DNA of 64,000 nt, from assembly GCA_041691315.1 (NCBI GenBank), contig JBEPUW010000010.1, forward strand, positions 4,583-68,582, written 5' to 3'. Below the pieces are notes generated by a model. That model made no database searches and was not told the origin of the DNA. It saw only the letters and a list, made by a program, of their open reading frames with translations. The position numbers and the translations under genes are program-made. Of this stretch, positions 8,463-18,788 are shown piece after piece (the first letter of the stretch is position 1; the number at the start of each line of letters is the position of its first letter). Source of the DNA: Caulobacteraceae bacterium. GTDB taxonomy: Bacteria > Pseudomonadota > Alphaproteobacteria > Caulobacterales > Caulobacteraceae.

Positions 8463-11400
8463 CAGCCCGAGATCAAATCGTCGCCTTTCTGCGTGACCCT
8501 AGCGCATTCGCCGCGGCGGCGGCGGATCCAGATGTTTGGCTTGCCGGGCTAGAGGACTTTGCCCGACCGGCACTTTCCCAGCCGGGGGAACTCCCCCTGA
8601 TGGACGCCCAGGTCGCCGCTTGGCGCGGCCTCGCCACAGCCCGGGCCGGCTTGGTCCTTGGGCCGCCCGGCACAGGGAAGACACACCTGATGGCCTGGCT
8701 CATCCTCGGCTATGTGCAGGCGCGCCGGGCGGTGGGGCTTCCAGCGCGCGTCTTTGTCAGTGGATTCACTCGGAACGCTATTGGGAACGTGCTCGATAGC
8801 GTCGCCAAGCGAGCCAATAGCTATGCACCCGGCTCCTTCGAAACCCACTTCATCGGGCAGGGACCGGCAGCAGGCTTGTCGCCGTTGGTTCAGCATCGCC
8901 CCGAAATCTATGGCGCCCACGCGTTGAGCGCGTTGCTGGACCTGCAGGCGCCGGCGGTCGTGATGGGAGGCTCGATCTGGTCCCTGTCGCGGCTTATGGC
9001 GCGCCCAGAGGCCTCAGGCGACGGTTTCACCGCAGATCTGTTCGACTTAGTCTGTATCGATGAAGCCTCGCAGGTCGTGCTGGGCCACGGACTTATGGCG
9101 CTTGCTGGGCTGAAGGCTGAAGGCCGTGTCGTCGTAGCAGGCGATGATCGCCAACTCCCGCCTATCCGTGCGGCCAGAGAGGTGAAGCTTGGCGATCGCG
9201 AACTCGGCGGATCGCTCTACACATTCCTCAAATCCGGACGCGCGCCGGAATTCCCGCTCGACACCACGTTTCGCCTCAACGCGCCTCTCAGCGCCTTTCC
9301 CGAGCGCAAGTTCTACGCCGGCAGATATGCGTCAGCGCCTGCAGTCGCGGCCGAACGGTTAGCCCTCACCGACAACTGGCGAGACGGCTTGGAACCCTGG
9401 GAAATAGCGCTTCTGGACCCCGAATGGCCGGTCGCTATCCTCGTCCACGATGGGCCGCCGGCGGCCACGCGCAATCCCTTCGAGGCCGCCGTCGCCGCAA
9501 GGCTATGCGAGCGCGTCGCCGACCGGATGGTGGGGGCGAAACCGGGTGGGATCTACGGCGCGGACCTATGGCGAGACCGTCTTGCTGTAGTCAGTCCTCA
9601 CCGGGCGCAGAACGCGGCTATCCGCAACGCTCTATCGGCTGGACTGGCGGCGGGCGCTTTCGTTGAGACCGTTGACCGCATCCAAGGCAAGGAGCGCGAC
9701 GCCGTTATCATGTCCTACTGCGTCGCGGACGCTGAATTCGCCCTTGCCGAGGCGGACTTCATATTCGCGCCGGAACGCCTCAACGTGGCTACCACGCGAG
9801 CTAAGACCAAGCTCGTGCTGTTGCTCAGCCGTCGGCTCCTCGATGCGGTGCCCGGCGATCAGGAGGCGATGGACAAAGCGGAGATCCTCCGTGAGTTCGT
9901 GTTCAATGCCGCGCCGGCAGGAGATGTTGTTCTGCGCGACCCGTCCGGGATCGACGTGCGAGCGCAAATCCGGCTGAGCGGCTTTGGCGCCGCGCCGGAA
10001 ACTCAAGAATTCGGCGCAGACGATCCGGATACGGCCGAGCCGGAGGCGATCACGCCTAGGCTCCAGGATCTCATAGACGCCGTAGTCGCCGAGGCGGCGA
10101 TTTCGCCTTACCGAAGCGCCACAATCAGTGCACTTGAGGTGCGCTTGGCTCGGCGCGGCGATCTGCTTCCCGATCTGTCGAAACTTCACGCAATGGGGCA
10201 TATCGCCCTTCGCCAGCCGCGCCCCGACATGCCCGATTTCTGGGTTGCGGCGCCGTTTGACCCAAAGCGGCGGGCCTTCCCGATCGATCTCGAGACGCTT
10301 CGGCTTCGACTTGAAGAGGTGATCGCCCAAGCCAGGCAGGGCCGTGCAGCGCCCTACTACTGGCGTGTTCGCGATCGCTTCGCCTGGATGGATGACCGCG
10401 GGCGCGACCTCCTGCGGCCCAAGCTCGACATCCTTCGGGTTGAGGGTCTGATTGGCATTGGTCAGACGAACGAACAGTTGACCGTCGAATGGCTCGGCCA
10501 GGGGGACGACGTTGAACCGGCCCCTATCGGTGAGGCCTTGGCGGCTCTGTCGGACACCGATTTCGTCATCCTCAATGCGTTGGAGGATCTCGAGGCCAAA
10601 CGCATCAATTTCGGGGTGTTCGAAGCTTGGACCTCCTTCGCCGATCTCGCGGACGGCCGACCAATCTCGAGGTCAGCGGTCGCTGAGGCCTGCCAACGCC
10701 TCGCCGACCATGGCTGGTTGTTGATCGCCGACGAAGAGCGTGTTCGCAGCCGCATGGCCGAACTGGCGCGTGAGGTCCGCCAGATCAAGCAAAGGTTCGA
10801 TCGCGACGACGCCGCCCAACGGCCCTACCTCGTGCGAAGTTTGAAGGTCGAATTGCGAAATCGCGACAAGCCCGAGCGCTCGGCCTCGATGAGCGCGACC
10901 TTTGCAACCGCCGCGACCGGACGGTCGGTAGAACTACAAGCGACGCTGTCGGGTCTCCATGCAGCGCTAGCTGAAATGTGGGGCGACACCGCCGGCTTGG
11001 CGTCTTTCCAGGCGCGGAGCATCATAGAAATCAGCCGCGCCTGGGAAGCCGGTGAGCCGGACGCTTTCGTCATCGCCGCCGATACAGGATCAGGCAAGAC
11101 GGAGGCGGGCGCGCTGCCGCTAATCGCTGCGGCGGCCGCCGACCTGTTGAAAGGCGTCCACGGCACAAGGGTCGTGATGGCCTATCCGCGCATTCGTTTG
11201 GCGGCAAATCAGGCGCAACGCCTCGCCCGTTACCTCGCAGCCCTCGCCAAGCAAAACGACATGCCGACTGTGACGCTTGGTCTCCAGGTCGGCCAAGTGC
11301 CTGAAGATCTCGAGAACCTGCGCGAATGGGATCGAACCGCTGGCTGGGCGGCCCTTGGCGCCGGCGCCTTTTCGTTTCCGCTCTTCGGGTGCCCATCCTG

Positions 11401-14400
11401 TGGAAGTGAATTGTTGCTGCAAAGCGGCGCTGGCGTTGATGGGGCAGACCGCCTGGTCTGCACGCACTGCCATTGGGACTACGCGGGCTGGATCGGTTCA
11501 AAACGCGGTCTTCGTCACCAACCCCCCGCCATTTTCCTCCCGACCACGGACTCGCTTCACCAGTGGCTCCATGACCCGCGCTACGGCCGACTGTTTGGTG
11601 ACGACGAGGGTTTCGCCCCGCCCCGGGCCGTCCTCGCCGACGAGATCCATTTGTATTCCCACGTCCACGGGGCGCAGGTCGGATACGCCCTGCGTCGCTT
11701 AGCGGCTCGGGCTAAAATGAATGGCCCGGACATAGGGCCGATGCTCGCCGTCGGGATGAGCGCGACGCTCGGAGATCCCGCCAAGAGTTGGGGACGGCTG
11801 GTTGACCGAAGCCAAGTCGAGACACTCACGCCGACGGCCGCCGAGAAGAAGCCTAACCCGCGGGGGCGGGAATATTTTTACTTCGTCCAGCCTGAGGTGG
11901 AGTCTCGCGGCAAGGACGTCGCCGGCAACTCGACAACCATCCAGGCCCTGATGGCTCTGGCGCACGGGATGCGGCGCCGGACCGGCGATGAAGGTGGTTT
12001 TCGGAGCCTCGCGTTTCTGGACTCCGTCGATAAGTTGCGCCGGCTTCACGCAGCCTATGACGATGCCGAGTCTCAAAAAGAGTTGGCCGCGTTTCGTACG
12101 CGCCGCTATCCGGATGACCCGGTCACCGGCGCACCGCGGGACGCCTGTTGCGGAAAGCCCCTTGGCTGCGATCTGTTCGTCGACGGCGAATGTTGGCACT
12201 TCGCAGCGACCGATCAGAACCAAGTCGGATCCAAAGGACGCACGCGGCCCGGGCGACCCCTGCGGGTGGCGCCGCAGCCCATCTTCTCGGGGTCCGAGGG
12301 GAAGGTCGAGGCCCTCCTCAAGCAATCGGAGATCATCTTCACGACCTCGTCGCTGGAGGTCGGCTACGACGATCCCGACATCTCCCTTGTCTATCAACAC
12401 TATGCGCCCCGGAACCTGGCGAGCTTCATTCAGCGAAAGGGGCGGGGTGGTCGTGGATCGGATGATCGCCCGATCACCGCGGTCACGCTTTCCCTCTACA
12501 ACAGTCGCGACACCTGGTGGTTTCGACAGCCGAGCGAGATGATCTCGCCGGCGGGCTTCGACACCCCGCTCAACCCGGACAACCACTTCGTCATCCGCGG
12601 CCAACTCGTCACGACAATTCTCGACGGCTTCGCGCGCTATGGACGCCGGGTCGGTCAACAGGTCGACGCAGCAGCGCCGCCACATGGTGCGTTGAATGAC
12701 GCCGCAGTTCTGGCGGAAGCCGTCTTCGGGCCAGAGCCGTGGCGCCAATTCTCGGCCGACAGTTTGGCCGCCTTTTGGAAATCAGCCTACGCGAAGCTGA
12801 AGCCCGGCAACCGGACCTCGACGCTCGCCGACGTGCGCAAAGCACTCCCTTGGGCCCCCGACCTGTTGTTCGATACGATCAACCTTCCTGCCCTCGAGGT
12901 CGCCGCCGGAACTGAGAATGCCAGGCCAGAGGATATCGCGCTGGCGCTCTTCCTTGCCGCGCCAGGCAATGCGAGCCGGCGCTTCAACCCCGTGGAAGTC
13001 TATTGGCGAAAGCCGGTTCAAGGGCGCCATCCCTGGTTGGCCGATGCTGACTACGCCGAAGGCCATCGCCGCCGCCCGTTTGGCGATGACCCTGAGGCTT
13101 GGTTGAGCCGATTGCCGGACACCGCCAGGCCACTCCTTGAAGGCCTTTCACCCGACTACTTTCGGCCAGGCCGGATGAGCCTGGAGGTTCTCGGTCGCAA
13201 GCACGGCGCGGACTGGCAGGCCGATTGGGCGATCCCTGATCCGCTGAACCCCGTTGTCGAGACCGTTCGCGGTGACGTTCACCGGACGCTGCGGGTTCGC
13301 GATGACGCCCGCGGCTTCTTGCGAGGGTTTCCCGTGGTGAAGCCGGGGGGGCGCGCGGCCGTGACCGTCGCCCCTGGGCCGATCTCACCCTGGGTCGCGA
13401 GCGTCGAAGCCTTCATTGGAGATGGTTTGGGCGGTCGTGAGACAGGTCTCGCGCTGGCGCGGGTTTTTTGGGGTGCCGACGCGGAGCTGAATCTTGAAGG
13501 TCCGCCTGGCCAAACGGTGGCGATCACGCAGGTCTTCACGGCGCCCGGTGATGACCGGCCCATGCTCCATGGCTATCACGTCCAAACCGAGGGCGTGCGC
13601 TTCGGCGTCGACCCTACTGCGCTTACGAGTTTCGTCGTCGCCGAGATCGGCCGTCTCGAACGCGATCCGCCACAGCGACAGCAGGTCCTTGGTCAGATGT
13701 TGCGCTTCCTACTGGAGAGCGGCGCTCAGGCGGCAGGGATCAGCACCTTCGAAGCCCGGCGCATTTCGGAAATCTTGGTCACCACACAGGCTGAACCTGA
13801 TCTTCGACAACGCCTGGCACGCCTAGCTGCCTTTTGGACCACGGCAGGTTTGGCCGAGTTGCTCGAGGAAACTCGACTGCGCCGCCTCAGCCAGCACCCC
13901 TTGCTTACCGCAGATCGCGTCCAGCGATTGACTGCGACGATCTCGCTACCCGCCTTCCGAGGTGTCTTTCAAACAGCGATGCGCGGGCTTCAAAGCAGCG
14001 AGCGGCTCGAGGCCTACCTCGCGAGCTGCCTCCTCCACAGCCTGGGTAACAGGCTACGGGAGTCGTTCCTTCAGGTGGGTTTCGGCGATGAACGTCAGGT
14101 CGTGATGCACGTTCAGCTGCCGATCCAATTTGCCACGCCGGGTGAGCCCATCATCACAGTCTGCGAGGCGGGTGCCTTCGGCGATGGCACCACCCGGACC
14201 TATCTCGACCGCTACGCTTTGGCAGAGATGCACTGGACCGACGGTTTCATCGGCGGGTGCCCCAACGCGCGGGAAGATGCGGCTGTCGCCGCAGTCTTTG
14301 CGGCGCCCGATCGCCACCCTGCATGGCGGGCGATGGACCCCGCCGCTCCCGGCGTCCTCGAAGCCCTCGCCTCGGAACTCGGCTTACCCCCCGGCGACGC

Positions 14401-14821
14401 CGCGCCCGAGATCATCCTTCGCATCTTGTTTGGCGAAGAGCGCGTGGGGACGAAAGTCTTCGCGCTCTATGATATTGCCGCGGCAATGGCGACGGTTGAC
14501 CGGAACCTTGCGGCGATCTTTGGCCGGCCTCCGAGCGCCTGGGAGCTAACGAGCGCGGTCGTGGACGCCGCAAAATCGGACCCGGCGTCAATCGGTGGAC
14601 AGCTGCTTGCGGCCTATGCAGCGATTGAGAACTCGGTCCAAGACGAGTCGCTGAGCGCTGAAGGAAGGCTCGCTGACCAAGTGTTTCGCCTTCATGGGAG
14701 GCTCTGCGTCGACGGATGCCCCGCCTGTGTGCATCGGCCGAGTGACATGATGTCGGATAGCCTGGTCGAAGCATCGACCAGCCGAGGCATGTTGGCCAGG
14801 TTCGTGTGCGTTTCGAACTAA
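8459..14821 (+). CDS. Double helicase: N-terminal SF1 (UPF1/Dna2-like) fused to a DpdJ/Lhr-like SF2 DEAH helicase with Zn sites
   Basis: SF1: GPPGTGKT, IDEASQ, GDDRQLPP, TVDRIQGKE, RLNVATTRAK. SF2: DTGSGKTE, CPSC/CTHC, DEIH, MSAT, SSLEVGYD, QRKGRGGR. C-terminal CVDGCPAC. ATGA-coupled to the upstream nuclease. Confidence 0.8.
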   Translation: MTARDQIVAFLRDPSAFAAAAADPDVWLAGLEDFARPALSQPGELPLMDAQVAAWRGLATARAGLVLGPPGTGKTHLMAWLILGYVQARRAVGLPARVFVSGFTRNAIGNVLDSVAKRANSYAPGSFETHFIGQGPAAGLSPLVQHRPEIYGAHALSALLDLQAPAVVMGGSIWSLSRLMARPEASGDGFTADLFDLVCIDEASQVVLGHGLMALAGLKAEGRVVVAGDDRQLPPIRAAREVKLGDRELGGSLYTFLKSGRAPEFPLDTTFRLNAPLSAFPERKFYAGRYASAPAVAAERLALTDNWRDGLEPWEIALLDPEWPVAILVHDGPPAATRNPFEAAVAARLCERVADRMVGAKPGGIYGADLWRDRLAVVSPHRAQNAAIRNALSAGLAAGAFVETVDRIQGKERDAVIMSYCVADAEFALAEADFIFAPERLNVATTRAKTKLVLLLSRRLLDAVPGDQEAMDKAEILREFVFNAAPAGDVVLRDPSGIDVRAQIRLSGFGAAPETQEFGADDPDTAEPEAITPRLQDLIDAVVAEAAISPYRSATISALEVRLARRGDLLPDLSKLHAMGHIALRQPRPDMPDFWVAAPFDPKRRAFPIDLETLRLRLEEVIAQARQGRAAPYYWRVRDRFAWMDDRGRDLLRPKLDILRVEGLIGIGQTNEQLTVEWLGQGDDVEPAPIGEALAALSDTDFVILNALEDLEAKRINFGVFEAWTSFADLADGRPISRSAVAEACQRLADHGWLLIADEERVRSRMAELAREVRQIKQRFDRDDAAQRPYLVRSLKVELRNRDKPERSASMSATFATAATGRSVELQATLSGLHAALAEMWGDTAGLASFQARSIIEISRAWEAGEPDAFVIAADTGSGKTEAGALPLIAAAAADLLKGVHGTRVVMAYPRIRLAANQAQRLARYLAALAKQNDMPTVTLGLQVGQVPEDLENLREWDRTAGWAALGAGAFSFPLFGCPSCGSELLLQSGAGVDGADRLVCTHCHWDYAGWIGSKRGLRHQPPAIFLPTTDSLHQWLHDPRYGRLFGDDEGFAPPRAVLADEIHLYSHVHGAQVGYALRRLAARAKMNGPDIGPMLAVGMSATLGDPAKSWGRLVDRSQVETLTPTAAEKKPNPRGREYFYFVQPEVESRGKDVAGNSTTIQALMALAHGMRRRTGDEGGFRSLAFLDSVDKLRRLHAAYDDAESQKELAAFRTRRYPDDPVTGAPRDACCGKPLGCDLFVDGECWHFAATDQNQVGSKGRTRPGRPLRVAPQPIFSGSEGKVEALLKQSEIIFTTSSLEVGYDDPDISLVYQHYAPRNLASFIQRKGRGGRGSDDRPITAVTLSLYNSRDTWWFRQPSEMISPAGFDTPLNPDNHFVIRGQLVTTILDGFARYGRRVGQQVDAAAPPHGALNDAAVLAEAVFGPEPWRQFSADSLAAFWKSAYAKLKPGNRTSTLADVRKALPWAPDLLFDTINLPALEVAAGTENARPEDIALALFLAAPGNASRRFNPVEVYWRKPVQGRHPWLADADYAEGHRRRPFGDDPEAWLSRLPDTARPLLEGLSPDYFRPGRMSLEVLGRKHGADWQADWAIPDPLNPVVETVRGDVHRTLRVRDDARGFLRGFPVVKPGGRAAVTVAPGPISPWVASVEAFIGDGLGGRETGLALARVFWGADAELNLEGPPGQTVAITQVFTAPGDDRPMLHGYHVQTEGVRFGVDPTALTSFVVAEIGRLERDPPQRQQVLGQMLRFLLESGAQAAGISTFEARRISEILVTTQAEPDLRQRLARLAAFWTTAGLAELLEETRLRRLSQHPLLTADRVQRLTATISLPAFRGVFQTAMRGLQSSERLEAYLASCLLHSLGNRLRESFLQVGFGDERQVVMHVQLPIQFATPGEPIITVCEAGAFGDGTTRTYLDRYALAEMHWTDGFIGGCPNAREDAAVAAVFAAPDRHPAWRAMDPAAPGVLEALASELGLPPGDAAPEIILRILFGEERVGTKVFALYDIAAAMATVDRNLAAIFGRPPSAWELTSAVVDAAKSDPASIGGQLLAAYAAIENSVQDESLSAEGRLADQVFRLHGRLCVDGCPACVHRPSDMMSDSLVEASTSRGMLARFVCVSN

Positions 14822-15501
14822 GTGCTCACTCGAAAGCGCTCGAGCCCGCCATTTTTCGCCAGCCAGTCCAAGACGTCCTTGGTGACGACGGCGAGGGTCG
14901 CATTCTGGGCGCCGATCGCACTCAGGAATTCACCCACGCCAGGGACAGCGCTTAGCTTCTCTGCGCGCTCGGCTTGCAGCGTCGCGGCGAGTTTGCTTAG
15001 CCGCGCGACCGTCAAGCGCAGGTCCTGTGGCCGGGATTGAGGCAGACTGTCGATTGCGTCTTGGCCACAGGCCTGCATGCGCCCGCCCAAGTCCGCGAGA
15101 GAGTCGACGCGGGCGAGCAGTTCGCCGAAGCTGATCAACGGTCGGTAGTCACGATTGACGATCGTCTTCCAGTGAGCCGTGGTCTGCGCAACCATCCGGG
15201 TCATAGCCCTTTGGAAAGCTCCATGTTGGTCTTGGGCGGTCCTGAGCTCGGACGGCGTCTGGGCCGACTCCAGGCTCGACGCCAGGAGATCGGCGGCGTC
15301 CTCGAGTTCCTCCAGCAGCTCCTTGGCTGGGAATTTCGTCCAGACCGCCAAGTCGAGCAGTGCGTCCAGGCGCTCGAATTCCGCCGCGCTGTCGCGAAGT
15401 GCAGACGTTAAACCCGTGAGGCGTTCTCCCAGGGCCCGTCGCTCCGCCGCCGGGCCGAGTTGCGGGATCAGGGTCCGCAGATCTTCAAGCGTGTCGCTCA
15501 T
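14818..15501 (-). CDS. Helical hypothetical protein, DpdI-like by position
   Basis: 227-aa alpha-helical ORF coupled downstream of the dpdH-like gene; assignment by synteny only. Confidence 0.55.
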   Translation of the reverse strand: MSDTLEDLRTLIPQLGPAAERRALGERLTGLTSALRDSAAEFERLDALLDLAVWTKFPAKELLEELEDAADLLASSLESAQTPSELRTAQDQHGAFQRAMTRMVAQTTAHWKTIVNRDYRPLISFGELLARVDSLADLGGRMQACGQDAIDSLPQSRPQDLRLTVARLSKLAATLQAERAEKLSAVPGVGEFLSAIGAQNATLAVVTKDVLDWLAKNGGLERFRVST

Positions 15502-18500
15502 GCGACCTCGCTAGACAGGGCCGCGCGGGTTTTCTCGAGGACGGCTCGAAGTGCGCCTCCCGTCTGATGAACCTGCGCAAGCGAGCTGGAGCCTCCCGCC
15601 CCGATAAGATCTTGCGCGCCTTTCAGGAGCGCCAACAGAGCCTGGTCGCCGACAGCCGATAGCTCCCGGTAGTCCTCGATGTCCCGCGCGGGCGCTTGCG
15701 CCAGCCAACCTAAGCGCGCGCCCTTGTCGGTTGGGGCGGCTCCGTCTCCGCCCATAAGGCTGAAGAGCAGTTCTTCGCTCCGCTCCGGGCTACCGTCGTC
15801 GAAACGGGGCTTGATCCTGTCTAGGCGGCGCTTCCAATCTGCAACCTTCTCGATCGCGATCTCTGGAATCTGCACCGACACGCCGGAGATCACCTGGTCG
15901 ACCTGTCCGAGGTGCTCGACGACCCCCCGCCCGTTGAGGAAATCGATGAGGCGTTGTCCGCGGTCGATCAGCTGGTCGTGTTCGATTCTGCCAATGCGGG
16001 CAAGTTCGTCGCGCATGTCCTTCACGATGCGCCGAACCGTGTCGTACTCGAGGACGTTCACGTCCCCCGCGTCCGCGGGAGTGAGGTCAAACACCAGGGT
16101 TTCCCGCAGCCTCATAATGGCGCCAGCGACTTCGGTGAGGTCGGCGACGCCTTGGCCATCGCCAAGCGAAAGATCGATGGCCCGCCGAAGTTCAGCTCGG
16201 AACCGCTCGTGCCACTGGTTTGTGGCCGTGAGGAAGTCCTGCCAAGGCTTCGAGCGCGCTCGCGGGTCGGCCTCGGTAGGATCCTCGTCCTTCACAGCCG
16301 CCTGCAGTTGTTCGGACCAAGGGGCGTCCGGCGAGACGGCGCCGCGCAGCCAGGCTCGCGCCAGCAAAACCTGCGCAAGGGATCCGACCGGCGACCAGCG
16401 GCGCCCATCAGACATCACGCCAAGTCGGCGGTCGGCGTAGTCGGATACCACACCGGCCAAGCGCCGGATCATGGAGGACAGCTTGCGACGATTGTAATCG
16501 GCCTCGCTCGAAGATTTGACGCCACCGGGCTCCTTGAATGCGACATACGCTTCAAGGCCGCTGCGGATCCAGGATTCGGGCCCGATGCTGAGATAATTCC
16601 GCTGCCGCGAGGTAGTCCCTTCGAGCTTGACCATCTCCAAGGTGACGATCCGGTCGAGCACCGATGGCGCGAGCCCAATGCTGCGCGCATCGATGTTTTT
16701 GATCAGCAAATGGAGGGTCTTGTTCCAGTCGCTAAGGTTTGAGATCGGGCGTTCTGGCGTCCAAGTCCGCAATTCTTCCCGCAACCGTTCCAACTCGGTT
16801 CGGGTTGGTCCTTTCGGTTTCGGCGGCGCCGTCGAAGGTGCAGCCCGGGGGGCTGGCGAGAGCCTCAGGGCGTTGGCGAGTAATCCTGCAGGCGCATCAG
16901 GTGACGCCGCGGTCGGCGCAGGTGGCGGCGCTTCCTCCGATTCAGGCGGTGCTGTTTCGGCCGCTTGGGCAGGTTGGTGGATTTCCGTCGCTTCGTCGCG
17001 GCCGATCCAGGGCAGATCGAAGGCCGTCAGTAGCCGTTGACTGGCCCCCGCCAGGGCGAGACCGCCGTCGATTTCCGTGGTCTCCGCCGTTTCAGGGTCG
17101 CCCCAATAGGCGAGTGCGCGGCGCATGCGGGCGCGATCCGCCGCGCTGTGCTGGACCATCTGGGTTTCGATGATGGCCGACAACTGGTTTGCGGAAAGGA
17201 CCTGATCGGCTCGTCGGTGGTCCTGGAAGGGCTGCGGTTCAATCCCGACACCGGGATACAGGCCTTGGTCGAGGAGGTCTGGCTCCGCCAAACTGGGAAG
17301 CAAGACCGCTTGGAGCATCCCTCGCGGCGTCTTCCAGGTCAGACCGTTGTCGCTCTCCTTCAGGCTGTCGTAGAGGCGGTCGAGCGCTTGCGCCGTAAAG
17401 GGAAACAGCGAGATTTCGTCGACTTCGCCAAACGTTCGAACACAATCTTCCCGCCGGTTGCAGCCCATACATTGGTTCGGGGCAGGCAGATCAGGCTCTG
17501 CAGCGAGGTGCTCCGCCCATTGGTCGAGCCTTACGGGACCCGCGCGCACGGCGGCGAGGTACTTCGCGGCGAATGAGAGGCGCGCAGGGCGATCGCGTAG
17601 TGTCGCGACGTCCTGCAGTTCCTTGGTGACCCGGCCGAGTTGGATCTCATGGGTTATGCGGCCGCGGTAGTTGCCTTGCAGCTTCACGCGATACGCTGGG
17701 GTGACGCCGACAACAGAGATCAGAGGGCAGACATCCCCCTCTGCCTCGTCGCCCCGCACCTCCGCATTGAAGGTCAGGACGTCGATCAGGCTATCATCAA
17801 GGCCCTCCCAACTGGTGATGTCCTCCAGAAGAAGGACTAACCGTTGGTTCCGCTTCGCCAATGCCTCCCGAACTTGGCGAAATAGGGTCTTCAGGCCGGC
17901 CGCCGAGACGCCAAGGACATTCTGGATGGCGTCGTTGCGGCGCCGGTTCAGCACCTCGATGAATTCGAGCGACCAGGCCACCTTATTCGGGACCTGCTGG
18001 CCGATCTCTTCGGCGCTCCAGCCTTGGGCGCGCCACTCCTCGATGGTGTATGCTTCGTGCATCAGCCGCCGCGCCAGCTCCTCCGTGGCTGGCGGAACGC
18101 CAGACCCCTTGAGGGTCACACAATGGCGCGCCAGATCCTCGATATCGAACAGGTTGAAGTCGGCCGTCTCCGAGTTCCTTTGTCCGCCTGCGCCCTCCAG
18201 GAGTCCTAGGATGCGGCTCGGGGCCACCCAACCGCTTCGAACCGGCTGAAACCGCAATAGACTCGCTGGCTTCTTGTCCCGGCACCACACCTCGTCATCT
18301 AGCGGTGGATCGAAGTGGCCGTTTTCGAGGGTGTCGGCCAAGGTGCTGAGAAAGATATTTGCGCGGCCCTGCGACGATGCGCGATGCTTCTGACCGAGGT
18401 TATCGAAGAGTGGCTGGAATTCCGCCGGCAGCCGTTCCTTCAACTGCCGCAGCGCGCCTTCGAGGCTGCCGTCCGCGCGGCGAAGCAACAGCTTTACATC

Positions 18501-18788
18501 GCGGCCGTGGGGCCATTGGACCGACAGCCATCGAATGAGGTGCGATTTCCCAGAGCCCGGCTCGCCTTGCACGACACAAAAAGCGTGGTTGCGGTCATCG
18601 CGGCTGAGACCTTCCAGGACGGCTTGCTCGTCAGGGCTCGCGATCTCGGCGCGGAGAGGCCCCTCGACGTCGAAACCTGTCATCGGGGTGTGGGTCGCGA
18701 GGAAAATCGCGTCGTCGCCGGCGAGCGCCTCCGTTGGGATGACGTCTGTGGCGTTCTTGGCCGTCCAGCAGGCGAAGGCGTGACTCAT
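15498..18788 (-). CDS. dpdH: P-loop ATPase, DpdH-like
   Basis: Walker A GEPGSGKSHLIRW, Walker B LVLLLED; about 1100 aa; follows dpdF/dpdG-like genes. Confidence 0.7.
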   Translation of the reverse strand: MSHAFACWTAKNATDVIPTEALAGDDAIFLATHTPMTGFDVEGPLRAEIASPDEQAVLEGLSRDDRNHAFCVVQGEPGSGKSHLIRWLSVQWPHGRDVKLLLRRADGSLEGALRQLKERLPAEFQPLFDNLGQKHRASSQGRANIFLSTLADTLENGHFDPPLDDEVWCRDKKPASLLRFQPVRSGWVAPSRILGLLEGAGGQRNSETADFNLFDIEDLARHCVTLKGSGVPPATEELARRLMHEAYTIEEWRAQGWSAEEIGQQVPNKVAWSLEFIEVLNRRRNDAIQNVLGVSAAGLKTLFRQVREALAKRNQRLVLLLEDITSWEGLDDSLIDVLTFNAEVRGDEAEGDVCPLISVVGVTPAYRVKLQGNYRGRITHEIQLGRVTKELQDVATLRDRPARLSFAAKYLAAVRAGPVRLDQWAEHLAAEPDLPAPNQCMGCNRREDCVRTFGEVDEISLFPFTAQALDRLYDSLKESDNGLTWKTPRGMLQAVLLPSLAEPDLLDQGLYPGVGIEPQPFQDHRRADQVLSANQLSAIIETQMVQHSAADRARMRRALAYWGDPETAETTEIDGGLALAGASQRLLTAFDLPWIGRDEATEIHQPAQAAETAPPESEEAPPPAPTAASPDAPAGLLANALRLSPAPRAAPSTAPPKPKGPTRTELERLREELRTWTPERPISNLSDWNKTLHLLIKNIDARSIGLAPSVLDRIVTLEMVKLEGTTSRQRNYLSIGPESWIRSGLEAYVAFKEPGGVKSSSEADYNRRKLSSMIRRLAGVVSDYADRRLGVMSDGRRWSPVGSLAQVLLARAWLRGAVSPDAPWSEQLQAAVKDEDPTEADPRARSKPWQDFLTATNQWHERFRAELRRAIDLSLGDGQGVADLTEVAGAIMRLRETLVFDLTPADAGDVNVLEYDTVRRIVKDMRDELARIGRIEHDQLIDRGQRLIDFLNGRGVVEHLGQVDQVISGVSVQIPEIAIEKVADWKRRLDRIKPRFDDGSPERSEELLFSLMGGDGAAPTDKGARLGWLAQAPARDIEDYRELSAVGDQALLALLKGAQDLIGAGGSSSLAQVHQTGGALRAVLEKTRAALSSEVA

